The notes below the pieces were generated by a model. It made no database searches. It saw only the letters and a list, made by a program, of their open reading frames with translations, and was not told where the DNA came from. The translations under genes and the position numbers were made by a program. Shown piece after piece: positions 34,536 to 45,392 of a DNA stretch of 64,000 nt (positions within the stretch are counted from its first letter, which is position 1; each line of letters opens with the position of its first letter). Where the stretch lies: positions 6,021-70,020 of the forward strand of contig DATLVU010000027.1 of assembly GCA_035577025.1 (NCBI GenBank), read 5' to 3'. This stretch comes from Gemmatimonadales bacterium. Lineage in GTDB: Bacteria > Gemmatimonadota > Gemmatimonadetes > Gemmatimonadales > GWC2-71-9.

Positions 34536-37500
34536 GCCGGCCCCGTGGCACTTCTTGAACTTTTTGCCGCTGCCGCAGGGGCACGGGTCGTTGCGGCCTA
34601 CATCGGCGTACGGATTCGAGGCAGCGACGCTCGCGCCCACCGGAGCCGGACGAGCGTCCCCCCCCCTCCCCGGTTCGCCGCTGACGAGGCCATCGGCGGC
34701 GCCTTTGCTTGCTACCATTGGCGTGGGACGACGGGGCGCCAGGCCTCCCCCCCGTACCAAGCCGCCGAGCGGTCGACCGCCGGCCGGGCCCGTGGACGTC
34801 CCGCCGCGCGGCGATGGCGGCGGCCCGACTTCGATCTGCAGCTTGAGCCAGCGCTCCGCGAAGGTCGCGTGGAGGTCGCGCATCAGGCCGACGAACATGT
34901 CGTACGCTTCATGCTTGTATTCGATCAACGGGTCCTTCTGGCCCCAGGCACGGTACTGGATGGCCGCCCGCAGCTGATCGAGATCGTACAGGTGATCTTT
35001 CCATTTCTCGTCGATCACGGTCAACATGATGTGCGACAGGGCCTGGCCACCGAGGTTGACCGCGCCGACCTTCGCTTCGACTTCCTGGAAATGCTCGAGC
35101 TTGGCGGCGAACGCCGCCCGCCCCGCTTGCTGCGCGGCCTGCACGAGCTCCTCGCGGCTCCGGATCTTCGTGGCCTCGGTGACTCCGGGCACGGAGATCA
35201 GGAACTTGAGCAGGAACTCGGTTTCCATCAGGGCCCGGTCCCACTGGTGGGCATCTTTCGCGGTGCCGATCAGCTCGTCGGCCAGCGCTTCCACTGCCTG
35301 CTCGACCATGCGGAGCGCTTCGGCCTTGAGCTCCTCTCCTCCTTCGAGCGCGAACAGCCGCAGTGAGTAGATCACCTCGCGCTGCTGGTTCATTACGTCG
35401 TCGTACTCGAGCAGCCGCTTGCGTGCCTGGAAGTTCTGCAACTCCACCCGCTTCTGGGCCTGCCCGATGGCGCTCGTCACCCACGGGTGCGTGATCACTT
35501 CGTTGTCCTCGGCGCCCGTCCGGTCCATCCAGCGCGCGATCCGGTCCGAGCCGAAGAGCCGCATCAGGTCGTCTTCGAGCGAGAGGAAGAACACGCTCTG
35601 TCCGGGGTCGCCCTGGCGTCCGGAGCGGCCGCGGAGCTGCCGGTCGATTCGCCGCGCCTCGTGCCGCTCGGTGCCGATGATCACGAGCCCGCAGGGGGGA
35701 TCGTCGTTGCACGCGCGCCGCTTGATCTCTTCGACGGCGAGATCGGGGCGCTCGATCTGCTGGCCGAAGGGCGCCTGGTGCGCGGTAATGCCGCATACCT
35801 GGCACTGCTTCACGCCCGGGCCGAGTTTGATGTCGGTGCCGCGGCCGGCCATGTTGGTCGCGATCGTGATCGCGGCGGGCTGGCCCGCCTGGGCCACGAT
35901 TTCCGCTTCGCGCTGGTGATACTTGGCGTTCAGCACCTCGTGCCGTAGGCCGCGCCGCTTGAGCATCCGGGACAACGTCTCCGACACGTCCACATTGACG
36001 GTGCCGACGAGCACGGGCAGCCCGCGCCCGTGCTGTCGCTCCACCTCGTCGAGGAGCGCGTTGTACTTCTCACGCCGGGTCTTGTAGATGAGGTCGTGCT
36101 TGTCGACCCGTCGCACCGGCCGGTTCGTCGGAATGACGACGACGTCGAGTCCGTAGATCTGGAAAAACTCGGTCTCCTCGGTCTCGGCGGTCCCCGTCAT
36201 GCCGGCGAGCTTGTCGTACATCCGGAAGTAGTTCTGAATGGTGATGGTCGCGAGCGTCTGGGTCTCCTCCTGCACGGCGACGCCTTCCTTGGCTTCCACC
36301 GCCTGGTGCAACCCCTCCGACCAGCGGCGCCCGTGCATCAGCCGTCCGGTGAACTCGTCGACGATCAGGACCTTTCCTTCCTGGACCACGTAGTCGACGT
36401 CCTTCTCGTAGAGCGCGTGCGCCCGAAGCAGGGCGTGGATGATATGAAGCGTCTCACTCTTCAGTGCGTACTCGGCCTCGACCTCCCGCCGGCGCTCCAC
36501 CTTCTCCTTGGGCGAGAGGTCGTCGTCGTGATCGATCTCGTGTACCGCGTGGGAGATATCCGGCACCACGAACAGGTTGGGATCCTGCGGAGACATGGTC
36601 TCCACGCCCTTGTCCGTGAGGTGCACGGAGTGGCCCCGCTCGTCGAGGACGAAATACAGCTCGTCCTCGATGTGGCGCATCTTCTGGTCGCGCGCCGGGA
36701 GCTTGCGGTCCGCCAGGACGTCGAGCTCCACGCGTTGCACGAGGACCTTGACCCCCGGCTCCTGGAGCAGCTTGAGCAGCTTCTTGTTCTTCGGCGTGCC
36801 GAGCTGTGCCTGGTACAGGAGCGTCGCGCCGTCGTAGGCGGTCTTTTCGTTCCCGAGGAGCGGCTCGGCCTTGGCGATGAGGTCGTTCGTCACGGCGGTC
36901 TGTTTGCGCACGAGCTGCACCACCTGCGCGTTGAACTGCGCGTACTTCTCGTCCGACTCGCTTCCCACCGGACCGGAGATGATGAGTGGAGTTCGGGCCT
37001 CGTCGATCAGAATGGAGTCCACTTCGTCGATGATCGCATAGGCGTGCGCCCGCTGCGTGCGCTGCTCGAGCGTGAACACCATGTTGTCGCGCAGGTAATC
37101 GAAGCCGAACTCGTTGTTCGTCCCGTAGGTGATATCGCAGAGGTACGCGGCCCGCCGCTCGGGGGTCTGCGGCTCGGTGTCATCGATGCAGCCGACCGTC
37201 AGGCCCAGCCAGGTAAACAGGTGGCCCATCCACTGCGAGTCCCGACGGGCCAGATAATTGTTGACGGTCACCAGATGGGCGCCCCGCCCCGCCAGGGCGT
37301 TCAAGTACAGCGGCAGCGTCGCGACGAGCGTCTTGCCCTCACCGGTCGCCATCTCGGCGATCTTCCCCTGATGCAGCACGATGCCGCCGATGAGCTGGAC
37401 ATCGTAGGGCACCATGTCCCACTTGAGCGCGTGGCCGGTGACCACGACTTCGGTTCCCACGAGGCGGCGGCACGCTTCGCGAACGGTGGCGAACGCCTCG

Positions 37501-37829
37501 GGCAGGACGTCGCTGAGCGCCGCCTGCAGCGCTTTCACGTAGGCCGCCTCCGCCTGGGAGAGCTGGGAGCTCAGCTCCTTGCGCTGCTCGGCGTCCGGGC
37601 AGTCGTGCTTTTCCTTCTTCAGGCGCTCGACCTCCGCCGCCAGCGGTCCCGTGCGCTCGACGACCAGCCCGCGGAGCTTGGGCGTCTGGGCGCGCAGCTC
37701 GTCGTCGGACACCTGCTTGAGCCGCTCCTCGTGGCTATGAATCGCGTCCACGACGGGGCGGATCCGCTTCAGCTCGCGCTGGAATCGGGTGCCGAAGATC
37801 TTGGAGAACCAATCCTTGTAAGCCATCAA
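34533..37829 (-). CDS. secA: Preprotein translocase ATPase SecA
   Basis: 1098 aa with DEVDSILIDEARTPLIISG. A Gly/Pro-rich tail precedes the C-terminal zinc motif CPCGSGKKFKKCHG. Confidence 0.95.
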   Translation of the reverse strand: MMAYKDWFSKIFGTRFQRELKRIRPVVDAIHSHEERLKQVSDDELRAQTPKLRGLVVERTGPLAAEVERLKKEKHDCPDAEQRKELSSQLSQAEAAYVKALQAALSDVLPEAFATVREACRRLVGTEVVVTGHALKWDMVPYDVQLIGGIVLHQGKIAEMATGEGKTLVATLPLYLNALAGRGAHLVTVNNYLARRDSQWMGHLFTWLGLTVGCIDDTEPQTPERRAAYLCDITYGTNNEFGFDYLRDNMVFTLEQRTQRAHAYAIIDEVDSILIDEARTPLIISGPVGSESDEKYAQFNAQVVQLVRKQTAVTNDLIAKAEPLLGNEKTAYDGATLLYQAQLGTPKNKKLLKLLQEPGVKVLVQRVELDVLADRKLPARDQKMRHIEDELYFVLDERGHSVHLTDKGVETMSPQDPNLFVVPDISHAVHEIDHDDDLSPKEKVERRREVEAEYALKSETLHIIHALLRAHALYEKDVDYVVQEGKVLIVDEFTGRLMHGRRWSEGLHQAVEAKEGVAVQEETQTLATITIQNYFRMYDKLAGMTGTAETEETEFFQIYGLDVVVIPTNRPVRRVDKHDLIYKTRREKYNALLDEVERQHGRGLPVLVGTVNVDVSETLSRMLKRRGLRHEVLNAKYHQREAEIVAQAGQPAAITIATNMAGRGTDIKLGPGVKQCQVCGITAHQAPFGQQIERPDLAVEEIKRRACNDDPPCGLVIIGTERHEARRIDRQLRGRSGRQGDPGQSVFFLSLEDDLMRLFGSDRIARWMDRTGAEDNEVITHPWVTSAIGQAQKRVELQNFQARKRLLEYDDVMNQQREVIYSLRLFALEGGEELKAEALRMVEQAVEALADELIGTAKDAHQWDRALMETEFLLKFLISVPGVTEATKIRSREELVQAAQQAGRAAFAAKLEHFQEVEAKVGAVNLGGQALSHIMLTVIDEKWKDHLYDLDQLRAAIQYRAWGQKDPLIEYKHEAYDMFVGLMRDLHATFAERWLKLQIEVGPPPSPRGGTSTGPAGGRPLGGLVRGGGLAPRRPTPMVASKGAADGLVSGEPGRGGDARPAPVGASVAASNPYADVGRNDPCPCGSGKKFKKCHGAG

Positions 37830-37833
37830 CCCT

Positions 37834-38412
37834 CTATTCGCGATACAGCCCGTGCGCGGCGATGTACTCGCGCACCGCTTCGGGCACCAAGTAGCGGATG
37901 GAGCGTCCTGCCCGCACGCGCTCTCGGATCATCGTCGCCGAGACGTCGATCGCCGGCACTTCCACCACCCGCCGGATGGCGGGGTGCCGCGGCAGCGTCG
38001 CTCCCGCCCCCGGTCGGGCGAACACGACGACATCCGCGAGCTCCGGAAGCGCCTCCACTTCGTACCACGCGCCCAGGTCCCGGGCCGCATCCGCCCCCAA
38101 CAACAACGTGTAGCGGTTCCCCACGCGCCTCGGATCCCGCGTGGCGAGGGCGCGGAGCGTACGCACCGTGTACGAAGGGGCGGGCAGGCCAAGCTCGATG
38201 CGCTCGACCCCGAGCCGCGGGTTCCCGGCGACCGCCAGCTCGAGCATGCAAGCCCGTTGCTCGGCGGTCGCCACATGCGCGGCGTGCTTGAACGGCTGCT
38301 CGCGCGCCGGCAGGAACCGCACCATGGCACCCAGAGCTTCGCCCGCCGCTTCCGCCACCACCAGGTGACCGACGTGCACGGGATCGAACGAGCCGCCGAA
38401 CAGAGCCTCCAC
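37834..38412 (-). CDS. nadD: Nicotinate-nucleotide adenylyltransferase
   Basis: LFGGSFDPVHVGH motif. 192 aa. Confidence 0.9.
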   Translation of the reverse strand: MEALFGGSFDPVHVGHLVVAEAAGEALGAMVRFLPAREQPFKHAAHVATAEQRACMLELAVAGNPRLGVERIELGLPAPSYTVRTLRALATRDPRRVGNRYTLLLGADAARDLGAWYEVEALPELADVVVFARPGAGATLPRHPAIRRVVEVPAIDVSATMIRERVRAGRSIRYLVPEAVREYIAAHGLYRE

Positions 38413-38418
38413 GCGCGA

Positions 38419-39168
38419 TCAGGACGGCGCGGCGGCGCTCGCGTCGGCGGGACAAGATTTGTCGAGACCCTCGGTCTGCGGAAAAAACCGTCGCAGGTGC
38501 TCGCACGTTTCCTTCAGCTCATCGCCATAGCCGATGGCCCGATAGCTGTCGACGAGCCGCATCAAGGCGTCCGGCACCCGCTGCGTGCCCGAATAGTTGG
38601 CGATGACGTCCTTGAAGTAAATGATCGCCGAGTCGAACGCGCGACGCTTGAAGTAGAACATTCCATTCTTATAGTCCTTCTGGGAGAACCACTCGCGCAG
38701 CTGCTGCACGTGGATTTGTCCCCGCGAAGCGGCATCCGTGCCCGGGTACCGTCCGCCGAGCTCCTGGTAGATCGCGAGCGCCGTCTCGCCGTAGGAAGGG
38801 TCGAGCTCAGGGTCCTTCCAGAGTCGCAGGTTGGCGTCCCCGGCGCGGAGCAACGCCAGCGGGGCCCAGTCGCTCGTGGGAAACTGATCCGCCACCTGAC
38901 GGAAATCATGGGCCGCTTGCACGCGGTCGCCCGTCTGGAAGTAGCATTCCGCGAGGTCGTACTGCACTTCGGCCATTTCCGGTTGCGTGGGCCCGATCTC
39001 GTAGGTGAGTCGCTTGAACAGCACCAGCGCTTTGTTGAACTTGCCCTCGCGGAACAGCGCGCGCGCCCGGGCCAGCTCCGCGACGGGGTCCGGCGCCGGC
39101 ACGACGCGCGGGCCGTGGTGGCACCCGATGCTCGCGGCGGCGATCGCGATCAGGGTCAGGCGACGCAT
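38419..39168 (-). CDS. bamD: Outer membrane protein assembly factor BamD (TPR lipoprotein)
   Basis: ATG 39166-39168 gives MRRLTLIAIAAASIGC (lipobox). BamD/YfiO-like TPR blocks follow (FREGKFNKALVLFKRL..., YFKRRAFDSAIIYFKDVIANY). Confidence 0.8.
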   Translation of the reverse strand: MRRLTLIAIAAASIGCHHGPRVVPAPDPVAELARARALFREGKFNKALVLFKRLTYEIGPTQPEMAEVQYDLAECYFQTGDRVQAAHDFRQVADQFPTSDWAPLALLRAGDANLRLWKDPELDPSYGETALAIYQELGGRYPGTDAASRGQIHVQQLREWFSQKDYKNGMFYFKRRAFDSAIIYFKDVIANYSGTQRVPDALMRLVDSYRAIGYGDELKETCEHLRRFFPQTEGLDKSCPADASAAAPS

Positions 39169-39173
39169 GGTTC

Positions 39174-40094
39174 TCACTCCTGCTTCGGGGGAGCGGCCGA
39201 CGACGGAGCGTCCGCCTTCCCGAGCGCGTTGATCTTGGCCTGCGCGCGCTGCGTGATCGTATCTCCGGGCGTGCCACCCGTCAGCGCCTGCTGGTAGCTC
39301 TCCAGCGCCGCCGCCACGTCGCCTTGCGCCAGCTGGACGTCTCCCAAGCCGATGAACGCGCCGCGCACGACGTCCGCCGGGGCGCCCGGGGCGGTCGCGC
39401 GCCGAAACCAGGCCTCCGCGTCCGCTGGCTTGCCACCGTCGAGCAAACGCTGGCCCTCGACCAACGAGCACAGCCCCAATCCCTCGCGGGCCCCGTCCGC
39501 CACGGCCGGCTCCCGTTGCCGCCGGATGACGCCCTCGAAAACGGGCACCGCCGTGGCACAGTCGCGCGCCCGCACGGCGCTCATCCCGTACACATAGAGA
39601 AGGGAGTCGGCCATGCGGGCGTCCCCCGCGGCCGCCGCGGCCGCGGGCAATAACGCCATCGCCCCCGCCGTGTCTCCGCGATCGGCCGCGTCGAGCGCGG
39701 CGAGCCGGGCATAGCGGCCCAGCGGCCGACCCGGCGCCACCGCGCGCAGGCCTGCGAGCCCCCGGGCCGCGTCGCTCCGATCACTGGCCGCGAGGGCCGC
39801 GCGCGCCACCCGCTCCAAGCCGTCGGCGGCCTCCCCCGCCCGGGACCGGTCCTGACCGAGGGCGATGTACGCATCGACGGCCGTCGAGAACTCGCCCACG
39901 TGCAGGGCGGCGGCACCCGCTTTGGCGTTGAGATTGCCGCTCGAAGGATCCACCTTCAGCCCGAGCTCATACTCCGCGAGGGCATCGCGGTAGGCGCCCG
40001 CCGCGTACGCGCGGTCACCGAGCACCTCGTGGTCGGCGGCACTCGGCTGGCAGGCGAGCGCCGCGATCACGCCGAGGACGACCCAGCGCGTCAC
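39174..40094 (-). CDS. TPR-like lipoprotein, function unknown
   Basis: It has a lipobox (VIAALAC) and Ala-rich TPR-like helices. A GTGA overlap links it to the upstream gene. Confidence 0.6.
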   Translation of the reverse strand: MTRWVVLGVIAALACQPSAADHEVLGDRAYAAGAYRDALAEYELGLKVDPSSGNLNAKAGAAALHVGEFSTAVDAYIALGQDRSRAGEAADGLERVARAALAASDRSDAARGLAGLRAVAPGRPLGRYARLAALDAADRGDTAGAMALLPAAAAAAGDARMADSLLYVYGMSAVRARDCATAVPVFEGVIRRQREPAVADGAREGLGLCSLVEGQRLLDGGKPADAEAWFRRATAPGAPADVVRGAFIGLGDVQLAQGDVAAALESYQQALTGGTPGDTITQRAQAKINALGKADAPSSAAPPKQE

Positions 40095-40882
40095 GATTTC
40101 TTCTTTCGCCCGCCGCTTCCGTCGCCCCGCCCGCGGTCATCGCCCGACTCGGTGCCGGACATGGCCATCGATACCGCCGTGTCGTTCCGCGCCAGCATCG
40201 CGAGATATGCCTCCACTCGTGGATCCTCCGGCCGGCGTTCCCGGCAATCCTCCCACACGGCCTTCGCGGCCAATCCGTCCCCGGCGAGATAACACGCGAG
40301 GCCGAGCATCGCGGCGGCATCGAGGTAGGTCGGCCGAGCCCGCACGATGATCTCGAAGTGCTCCCGCGCGTCGAGGGCCCGACCGGCCTCGAGCAGCATG
40401 CGCCCCAGCTTATACCGCAGATCGTGAAACGCGGGTCCGAGCGCCAGGGCGGCCTCGTATTGGTCGATGGCGCGTCCCAGGCCACCGGCCTCGAGGTAGG
40501 CGTCGCCCAGATGCGCGTGCTGATTCGCCAGCTTCGCGGCTATGTGCGCCGCGAACCCCTGGCGCGGCTCCCCTCCCACTTGCGCGGCCCGCCGGAACGC
40601 GGCGTCCGCCTCCGCCTCGCGCCCGAGCTCGTTCAGCACGATCGCGCGGTGCACGAGGGCTTCGACGTACTGCGGGTTCAGGGCGAGCGCCCGATCGAGC
40701 TGCACCAGTGCCTGGTCGGGCTGCCCCACGAGTGTGTACGACAAGCCGAGGAGGTGATGCGCATCGGCAAATGCACGTCCCGTCGCGACCACGTCTTCCA
40801 GGAGGTGGATCGCGCCGTAGTAGTCCTGCAGCTGAAATCGTTCTCGAGCCTGTCCGACGAGATGTTCAGGACTTACGTCCAT
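40091..40882 (-). CDS. TPR-repeat protein, function unknown
   Basis: It has several canonical TPRs (HHLLGLSYTLVGQPDQALVQLDRALALNPQYVEAL...), no signal peptide, and a basic/Gly-rich tail. Confidence 0.6.
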   Translation of the reverse strand: MDVSPEHLVGQARERFQLQDYYGAIHLLEDVVATGRAFADAHHLLGLSYTLVGQPDQALVQLDRALALNPQYVEALVHRAIVLNELGREAEADAAFRRAAQVGGEPRQGFAAHIAAKLANQHAHLGDAYLEAGGLGRAIDQYEAALALGPAFHDLRYKLGRMLLEAGRALDAREHFEIIVRARPTYLDAAAMLGLACYLAGDGLAAKAVWEDCRERRPEDPRVEAYLAMLARNDTAVSMAMSGTESGDDRGRGDGSGGRKKKS

Positions 40883-41834
40883 GGGTCGCCTCGTACCAGC
40901 GGACGAACTGTCGAATCCCTTCCTCGATCCCCACCGTGGGTCGATAGCCCAGCTCGCGCTCCGCGCGGCGCAAGTCGGCGGCGGTCAGCCGCACGTCACC
41001 TGGCTGGTCCCCGTGGCGCTCGATGCGGACCTCCCGCCGCAGCGTCCGCCCGATCAGATCGATCAGCCGGTCGAGCCGCACGCGCTCGCCCCCGCCGATA
41101 TTGATGGGCTCCGCCACCCCGGCGGGGCGGGACCGGCCCGTCCATTCCACGGCGGAGAGGACGCCATCCACGCAGTCCGTAATATAGGTATAGTCCCGCT
41201 CGCTCGACCCGTCGCCGTGCATGCGGACCGGCTGCCCCTCGGCGATCAGGCGGGTGAACCGATGGATGGCCAGATCGGGCCGCTGACGGGGCCCGTACAC
41301 GGTGAAGAACCGCAGGCAGGCGATCTGGAGCCCGTACAGATGGGCGAAGGCCTGCGCCATCAGCTCGCCGGCCCGCTTGCTGGCGGCATAGGGCGAGATC
41401 GGCCAGGCGGCCGGTGCGTCTTCCGCGAAAGGCGCCGGCGTCGCGTCCCCGTACACCGATGACGAGGAGCCGAACACGATCCGTCGGACGCCGGCACGGC
41501 GCGCGGCCTCGATCACCCGCACCGTGCCGGTCACGTTGGTCTCGCTGTAGGACGCAGGGTCCTCGAGTGAGGGACGTACGCCGGGACGCGCCGCGAGATG
41601 CAGCACGACGGACACGCCGTCGAGCAGCAGGGGGTCGCGCACGATATCGCCTTCGACGAAGCGGAAGCCTTTCGTGCGCCGCAGACCTTCCAAGTTCCGC
41701 TCTTTCACCGGTCGGGCGTAAAAGGCGTCGAAGTTGTCGAAGCCTACCACCTCGTCGCCCCGGGCGAGCAGCGCTTCGCACACGTGCGACCCGATGAATC
41801 CGGCGGCGCCCGTGACGAGGATTCTGGCCCTCAC
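40866..41834 (-). CDS. NAD-dependent nucleotide-sugar epimerase/dehydratase (UDP-glucuronate 4-epimerase-like)
   Basis: GTG 41832-41834 (a GTGA overlap) gives (M)[16 protein letters not shown]. Motifs YAASKRAGE and [12 protein letters not shown] are present. Confidence 0.75.
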   Translation of the reverse strand: MRARILVTGAAGFIGSHVCEALLARGDEVVGFDNFDAFYARPVKERNLEGLRRTKGFRFVEGDIVRDPLLLDGVSVVLHLAARPGVRPSLEDPASYSETNVTGTVRVIEAARRAGVRRIVFGSSSSVYGDATPAPFAEDAPAAWPISPYAASKRAGELMAQAFAHLYGLQIACLRFFTVYGPRQRPDLAIHRFTRLIAEGQPVRMHGDGSSERDYTYITDCVDGVLSAVEWTGRSRPAGVAEPINIGGGERVRLDRLIDLIGRTLRREVRIERHGDQPGDVRLTAADLRRAERELGYRPTVGIEEGIRQFVRWYEATHGRKS

Positions 41835-42763
41835 CGCAGGAGCCCGCGGAAGTACTCGATGGTGCGCTGCAGCCCGTCCTCCAACGACACCTTCGGCTCC
41901 CAGCCCAGCGTTTCCCGCGCGCGCTGGATGTCGGGCTGGCGGACCTTCGGGTCGTCGGTGGGGAGCGGCTCGACGGTGATGGAGCTGGAGCTGCCGGTGA
42001 GCCGGAGCACCAGCTCGGCCAGCTGGCGCACCGTGAACTCGTTGGGATTCCCGATGTTCGTCGGCTCCGGCCCGCCGCGCTCGAACAGGCGCACGATCCC
42101 CTCGACGAGGTCGTCGACGTAGCAAAAGGACCGCGTCTGAGAGCCGTCGCCGTACACGGTGAGCGGCTCACCCTTGAGTGCCTGGACGATGAAGTTGGAC
42201 ACGACGCGCCCGTCGTGGGGACGCATGCGCGGGCCGTAGGTGTTGAAGATCCGGACGATGCGCGTGTCGAGCTCGTGGGCGCGATGGTACGCCATGGTCA
42301 ACGCCTCGGCGAACCGCTTCGCCTCGTCGTACACGCCGCGCGGTCCGACGGGGTTGACATTGCCCCAGTAGCTCTCGGGCTGAGGGTGCACGAGCGGATC
42401 CCCGTAGACCTCCGAGGTCGACGCCAACAGCAGACGCGCGCCTTTCGCCTTCGCGAGCCCGAGGGCCTTGTGCGTCCCCAACGAGCCGACCTTCAGCGTC
42501 TGGATCGGCAGCTCCAGGTAGTCGACGGGGCTCGCGGGGCTGGCGAAGTGGAACACGCCCTCGAGCGGTCCCTGGACTTCGATGAAGTTCGCGACGTCGT
42601 GAAGAATGATCTGAAAGTTGGGGTGACTCTTGAGGTGCTCGAGGTTGGCCTTGTTCCCGGTGCTGAAGTTGTCCATGCCGACGACGCGGTGGCCCAGGGC
42701 GAGCAGTCGGTCACACAGGTGTGAGCCGAGAAACCCTGCCGCGCCGGTTACGAGGACGCGCAT
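41831..42763 (-). CDS. UDP-glucuronate decarboxylase (UDP-xylose synthase)
   Basis: [21 protein letters not shown]...[15 protein letters not shown] and YDEAKRFAE are typical of the UXS family. Confidence 0.85.
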   Translation of the reverse strand: MRVLVTGAAGFLGSHLCDRLLALGHRVVGMDNFSTGNKANLEHLKSHPNFQIILHDVANFIEVQGPLEGVFHFASPASPVDYLELPIQTLKVGSLGTHKALGLAKAKGARLLLASTSEVYGDPLVHPQPESYWGNVNPVGPRGVYDEAKRFAEALTMAYHRAHELDTRIVRIFNTYGPRMRPHDGRVVSNFIVQALKGEPLTVYGDGSQTRSFCYVDDLVEGIVRLFERGGPEPTNIGNPNEFTVRQLAELVLRLTGSSSSITVEPLPTDDPKVRQPDIQRARETLGWEPKVSLEDGLQRTIEYFRGLLR

Positions 42764-44067
42764 GCCACGGGGCGCCCGATGCTCTCATAGATGAATCCCA
42801 GACGTGCCATCCGCTGCGGATCGTACAGGTTACGCCCGTCCACGATCAGGGATCGGGAGAGCGCGCGTTTGATCCGCTCGAAGTCCGGGTTGCGGTACTC
42901 CAGCCATTCGGTCACGATGGCCAGCGCCGCGGCGCCTTCGACGGCCCCGTACGCGTTGGCCGCGTACGTCACGCGGTCGCCCAGGTGACGCCGCGCGGAC
43001 GCGGCGGCGGCCGGGTCGTGCACGCGCACGCGCGCTCCCACCCCAAGCAGCTGCTCGACCAGCACGAGCGCGGGGCTCTCTCGCACGTCGTCTGTCTCCG
43101 CCTTGAACGCCAGCCCCCACACGCCGATCGTGGCGCCGCGGAGGTCGGGTCCGAGTCGCCGCTCGAGCTTCTCGAAGATGACCCGCTTCTGCCGCTCGTT
43201 GGCCGACTCGACCGCCTGCAGGATGTCGAGCTGTACGCCACGGTCCTGTCCAGTGCGAATCAGCGCCTTCACGTCTTTGGGAAAGCACGATCCCCCGTAG
43301 CCCGGCCCCGGGAACAGGAACGCCGGTCCGATTCGCCGGTCCGACCCGATCCCCTTGCGGACGAGCGTGACATCGGCGCCGACGGCATCGCACAGCCGGG
43401 CGACCTGGTTCATGAACGAAATCCGCGTGGCGAGCATGGCGTTGGCCGCGTACTTCGTCATTTCCGCGGACGGGAGATCCATGAAGATGATCGGGTTCCC
43501 GGTGCGGACGAACGGGGCGTACAGCTGGCTGATCACGTCCGCCGCGTCCGCGGAGTCCACCCCCACCACGACGCGGTCCGGCTTCATGAAATCCTCGACC
43601 GCGGCGCCTTCCTTGAGGAACTCCGGGTTCGCGCAGACCTGAAACGGCGTCTTGGTGTGCTTGGCGATCTCGGTACGGACTCGCTCGGCCGTGCCGACCG
43701 GCACCGTACTCTTCGTGACCACTAGTTTCGAGTTGTTCATGTGTTGGCCGATGGTCCGGGCGACGCTGAGCACGTGCTGTAGGTCGGCCGACCCGTCTTC
43801 GTCGGGCGGGGTGCCGACGGCGATGAACACGACCTCCGCGTGCTCGATCGCTCCACCCACGTCGGTCGTGAACTGCAGGCGCCCGTCCCGCTGGTTGCGA
43901 ATCACCAGGGGCTCGAGCCCGGGCTCATGAATCGGCAGGCGGTTCTGCTTGAGGCTGTCGATCTTCGCGCCGTCTACGTCGGCGCAGATGACGTCGTTGC
44001 CCGTCTCGGCGAGACACGCACCCGCAACCAACCCGACGTAACCGGTGCCGACGACGGCGATCTTCAC
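42748..44067 (-). CDS. ugd: UDP-glucose 6-dehydrogenase
   Basis: Motifs [13 protein letters not shown] and [14 protein letters not shown] (catalytic Cys) are present. 439 aa. Confidence 0.9.
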   Translation of the reverse strand: MKIAVVGTGYVGLVAGACLAETGNDVICADVDGAKIDSLKQNRLPIHEPGLEPLVIRNQRDGRLQFTTDVGGAIEHAEVVFIAVGTPPDEDGSADLQHVLSVARTIGQHMNNSKLVVTKSTVPVGTAERVRTEIAKHTKTPFQVCANPEFLKEGAAVEDFMKPDRVVVGVDSADAADVISQLYAPFVRTGNPIIFMDLPSAEMTKYAANAMLATRISFMNQVARLCDAVGADVTLVRKGIGSDRRIGPAFLFPGPGYGGSCFPKDVKALIRTGQDRGVQLDILQAVESANERQKRVIFEKLERRLGPDLRGATIGVWGLAFKAETDDVRESPALVLVEQLLGVGARVRVHDPAAAASARRHLGDRVTYAANAYGAVEGAAALAIVTEWLEYRNPDFERIKRALSRSLIVDGRNLYDPQRMARLGFIYESIGRPVACASS

Positions 44068-45392
44068 CGCGTACGGCCCTTACGCCGCGCCTTCTCGAGC
44101 GCGTTCCGCGTGTCGACGATCACCCGGGCACACCGCTCGACGAGCGCGTAGTCGATGTCGGTGTGATCGGTCACGACCACGACGCAGTCCGCCGTGGTGA
44201 TCGTCTCCGACGTCAGGGGGAGCGACGCCAGGTCGATGCCTTCGTCCTTGAGCTTCCGAACGTGGGGGTCGTGGTAGGAGACCACCGCGCCACGCCGCTG
44301 CAGCAGCCGGATGACGTCGAGCGCCGGGCTTTCGCGGATGTCATCGATGTCCTTCTTGTACGCGACGCCGAGCACCAGGACCTTGCTGCCGCGCGCGGCA
44401 CGTCCCTGCTCGTTCAACCGGTCGACGACTCGTGCCACCCAGTACTCGGGCATCTCGGCGTTGATCTCGCCGGCGAGCTCGATGAACCGCGTGCGGTAGT
44501 TGAGCGTGCGCATCTTCCACGCCAGGTAGTGCGGATCCAACGGTATACAGTGACCGCCGACGCCGGGGCCCGGCATGAACTTCATGAACCCGAACGGCTT
44601 CGTGGCGGCGGCGTCGATCACTTCCCACACGCTGACGCCGAGCTTGTCGCACACGATGGCCATCTCGTTGACGAGGCCGATGTTGACGCTGCGGAACGTG
44701 TTTTCGAGGATCTTGACCAGCTCGGCCGCTTCCGTAGACGACACCGGAACGAGGTTCTCGATCGCCGGCTCATAGACCGCGATCGCCACCCGGCGGCACT
44801 CATCGGTGATACCGCCCACCACTTTGGGCGTGTTGTGCGTGTTCCACTGCGGGTTGCCCGGATCCACACGCTCGGGAGAAAACGCCAGGAAGAAGTCCTC
44901 ACCGACCTTCAGCCCGGTCGCTTCGAGCGCGGGCAGCATGAGCTCCCGCGTGGTCCCCGGATAGGTGGTGGACTCGAGGACGATGAGCTGGCCCCGGCGC
45001 AGCGCCTGTTTCACGGAATTCGTCGCCGCCAGGACGTAGCTCACGTCCGGATCTTTGGTCTTCGACAACGGCGTCGGAACGCAGATGGACACGACGTCCG
45101 GCTCGCGCAGGCGGGCCAGATCGGTGGTCGCCACGAACGCACCCGACTTGACGAACCCCGTAAGCTGTGCGCCCGGAACATCCTGCACGTGGGAGCGGCC
45201 CTGATTCACGCCGTCGACGACATGTTTGCCGACATCGAAGCCCAGGACGTGGAAGCCGGCGCGGGCGAACTCCATCGCCAGCGGAAGGCCCACGTACCCC
45301 AAGCCGACGATCCCGATCAGCGCCGAGCGGTCCTTGGCTTTCGCGACGAGGACGTCGGCGGCGCTGGCGGTAGTGGTGGAGGCCGTGCTCAT
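44064..45392 (-). CDS. UDP-N-acetyl-D-hexosamine 6-dehydrogenase (WbpA/WecC-like)
   Basis: Motifs IGIVGLGYVGLPLA and GVGGHCIPLDPHYL are present. It is co-linear with WbpB/E/D-like genes. Confidence 0.8.
   Translation of the reverse strand: MSTASTTTASAADVLVAKAKDRSALIGIVGLGYVGLPLAMEFARAGFHVLGFDVGKHVVDGVNQGRSHVQDVPGAQLTGFVKSGAFVATTDLARLREPDVVSICVPTPLSKTKDPDVSYVLAATNSVKQALRRGQLIVLESTTYPGTTRELMLPALEATGLKVGEDFFLAFSPERVDPGNPQWNTHNTPKVVGGITDECRRVAIAVYEPAIENLVPVSSTEAAELVKILENTFRSVNIGLVNEMAIVCDKLGVSVWEVIDAAATKPFGFMKFMPGPGVGGHCIPLDPHYLAWKMRTLNYRTRFIELAGEINAEMPEYWVARVVDRLNEQGRAARGSKVLVLGVAYKKDIDDIRESPALDVIRLLQRRGAVVSYHDPHVRKLKDEGIDLASLPLTSETITTADCVVVVTDHTDIDYALVERCARVIVDTRNALEKARRKGRTR

Noticed and set aside
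36030-38291. A 753-aa plus-strand ORF opposite secA and nadD.
   Set aside because: It is antisense to two unambiguous essential genes and has a low-complexity Arg/Leu/His-rich translation, so it is a high-GC artefact. The same reasoning applies to 49894..51798 (opposite carB), 30210..32021 (opposite uvrB/relA), 5524..6756, 14810..16144, 15015..16517, 44163..45641 and 59676..60953.
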